The notes under the pieces are model-generated. The model made no database searches, was not told the origin of the DNA, and worked only from the letters and a program-made list of their open reading frames with translations. Below, in pieces: positions 63,372-64,000 of a DNA stretch of 64,000 bases (the first letter of the stretch is position 1; each line of letters starts with the position of its first letter). Origin of the DNA: Polyangiales bacterium (GTDB lineage Bacteria; Myxococcota_A; Polyangia; Polyangiales; Ga0077539); assembly GCA_041389825.1 (NCBI GenBank), contig JAWKRC010000007.1, positions 125,093 to 189,092 on the forward strand, read 5' to 3'. The position numbers and the translations under genes are program-made.

Positions 63372-64000
63372 TCACTCTACGCGGAAGAAGGTCTGCGCGC
63401 CTGCGGTGGAGCCGACCGTGATGCCGAGGTTCCTGAAGAGCGGCGCGCACTCGGGGTCGGTGAGCCCGCTCATGCACCCCGGCGCCATGGAGCTCGTGCC
63501 GAGGTCAGAGTCGGCCACGAGGCGCGAGAGGTCGGCCACGACGGTGTTGCTCGTCGGGTCGAAGCCCATGAGCGTGATGGTCGGGCGGTTGGGCTCGGTG
63601 CAATTCGTGACGTTGCCCATCGCGCTGCCGTCGCACCCGGTGCTCCCGAGGTGGATGTTGAACGACGGCATCAGCATCGTCCCCATCGCGTCGTCGACGC
63701 GCCCGTCGAGGCGGAGGAACTTGTACCCGCCCTGCCAGTTCCACCAGAGCGTCGAGAGGTTGAGCGGCGAGGCCGCCGTCGCGCTGTTCTGGTGGTTCTG
63801 CGCGAAGGGCACGCCGAGCGTGAAGCGCACGCCCGCCCAGGGCCCCGCCGCGCCCGCCGGGAGCGTGCCGCGCACCACGCCGTTCGTCTCGGTGGTGCCG
63901 TTGTTACAGAGGCCGGTGCGGGCTTCGTAGTCGGGCAGCGCCTCGTGCCCGTCCTGCCAGCGGCCGTCGTCGGTGAGCGTGACCGACACCTCGCTCCCGT
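63372..64000 (-). CDS. MbnP-like partner protein of the di-haem peroxidase ("metallo-mystery pair"), 5'-partial at window edge
   Basis: Lies directly upstream of, and same-strand as, the MbnH-like gene. Trp-rich (LWWNWQGGYKF) with several Cys. No signal peptide is seen from the first in-window Met, so the gene continues beyond 64000. Confidence 0.5.
   Translation of the reverse strand, partial: GSEVSVTLTDDGRWQDGHEALPDYEARTGLCNNGTTETNGVVRGTLPAGAAGPWAGVRFTLGVPFAQNHQNSATAASPLNLSTLWWNWQGGYKFLRLDGRVDDAMGTMLMPSFNIHLGSTGCDGSAMGNVTNCTEPNRPTITLMGFDPTSNTVVADLSRLVADSDLGTSSMAPGCMSGLTDPECAPLFRNLGITVGSTAGAQTFFRVE

Overview
This is a 64 kb window of a very GC-rich (~70%) genome, most likely a myxobacterium. 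The support is a MYXO-CTERM sorting tail, many lipoproteins and Cys-rich secreted proteins, a Ser/Thr kinase, a sigma-54 activator and a GspE-family ATPase. Coding density is high on both strands, and genes are often coupled by GTGA/ATGA start-stop overlaps.

Recognisable content, in order: ArsR with two SRPBCC genes; a YceI lipoprotein; an ADP-ribosylglycohydrolase; an Rpn-family PD-(D/E)XK nuclease preceded by palindromic tandem repeats; a two-component pair whose response regulator carries an Mrr-like restriction-endonuclease domain; an M14 carboxypeptidase; a porin and a cytochrome P450; a DUF4114/Cys-repeat/MYXO-CTERM protein; and an isoprenoid-quinone cluster (menA, ubiE, a broken HMG-CoA reductase, a DAHP-synthase-like gene, a broken polyprenyl synthetase). 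After that come acetyl-CoA synthetase (broken), rpsT, a large Ser/Thr kinase (broken), yggS, maf, pyrD and lon. Next is a GAF-GspE secretion-type ATPase beside a sigma-54 enhancer-binding protein and membrane proteins, then an M1 peptidase and a 1056-aa lipoprotein made of ~12 Cys-rich tandem repeats with a Gly-rich tail. An MbnP/MbnH-like di-haem 'metallo-mystery pair' sits at the 3' edge.

Many conserved genes are interrupted by frameshifts, clustered in patches (about 17.9-20.8, 22.6-24.3, 27.6-29.2, 30.1-32.4, 34.1-37.2, 40.5-41.0 and 57.4 kb). Several are closely spaced compensating indels, so sequencing or assembly error is a serious alternative to real pseudogenisation.

No rRNA, tRNA or CRISPR array was recognised. 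Coordinates rest on the supplied ORF track plus codon counting. Starts are approximate where GTG or alternative starts exist.
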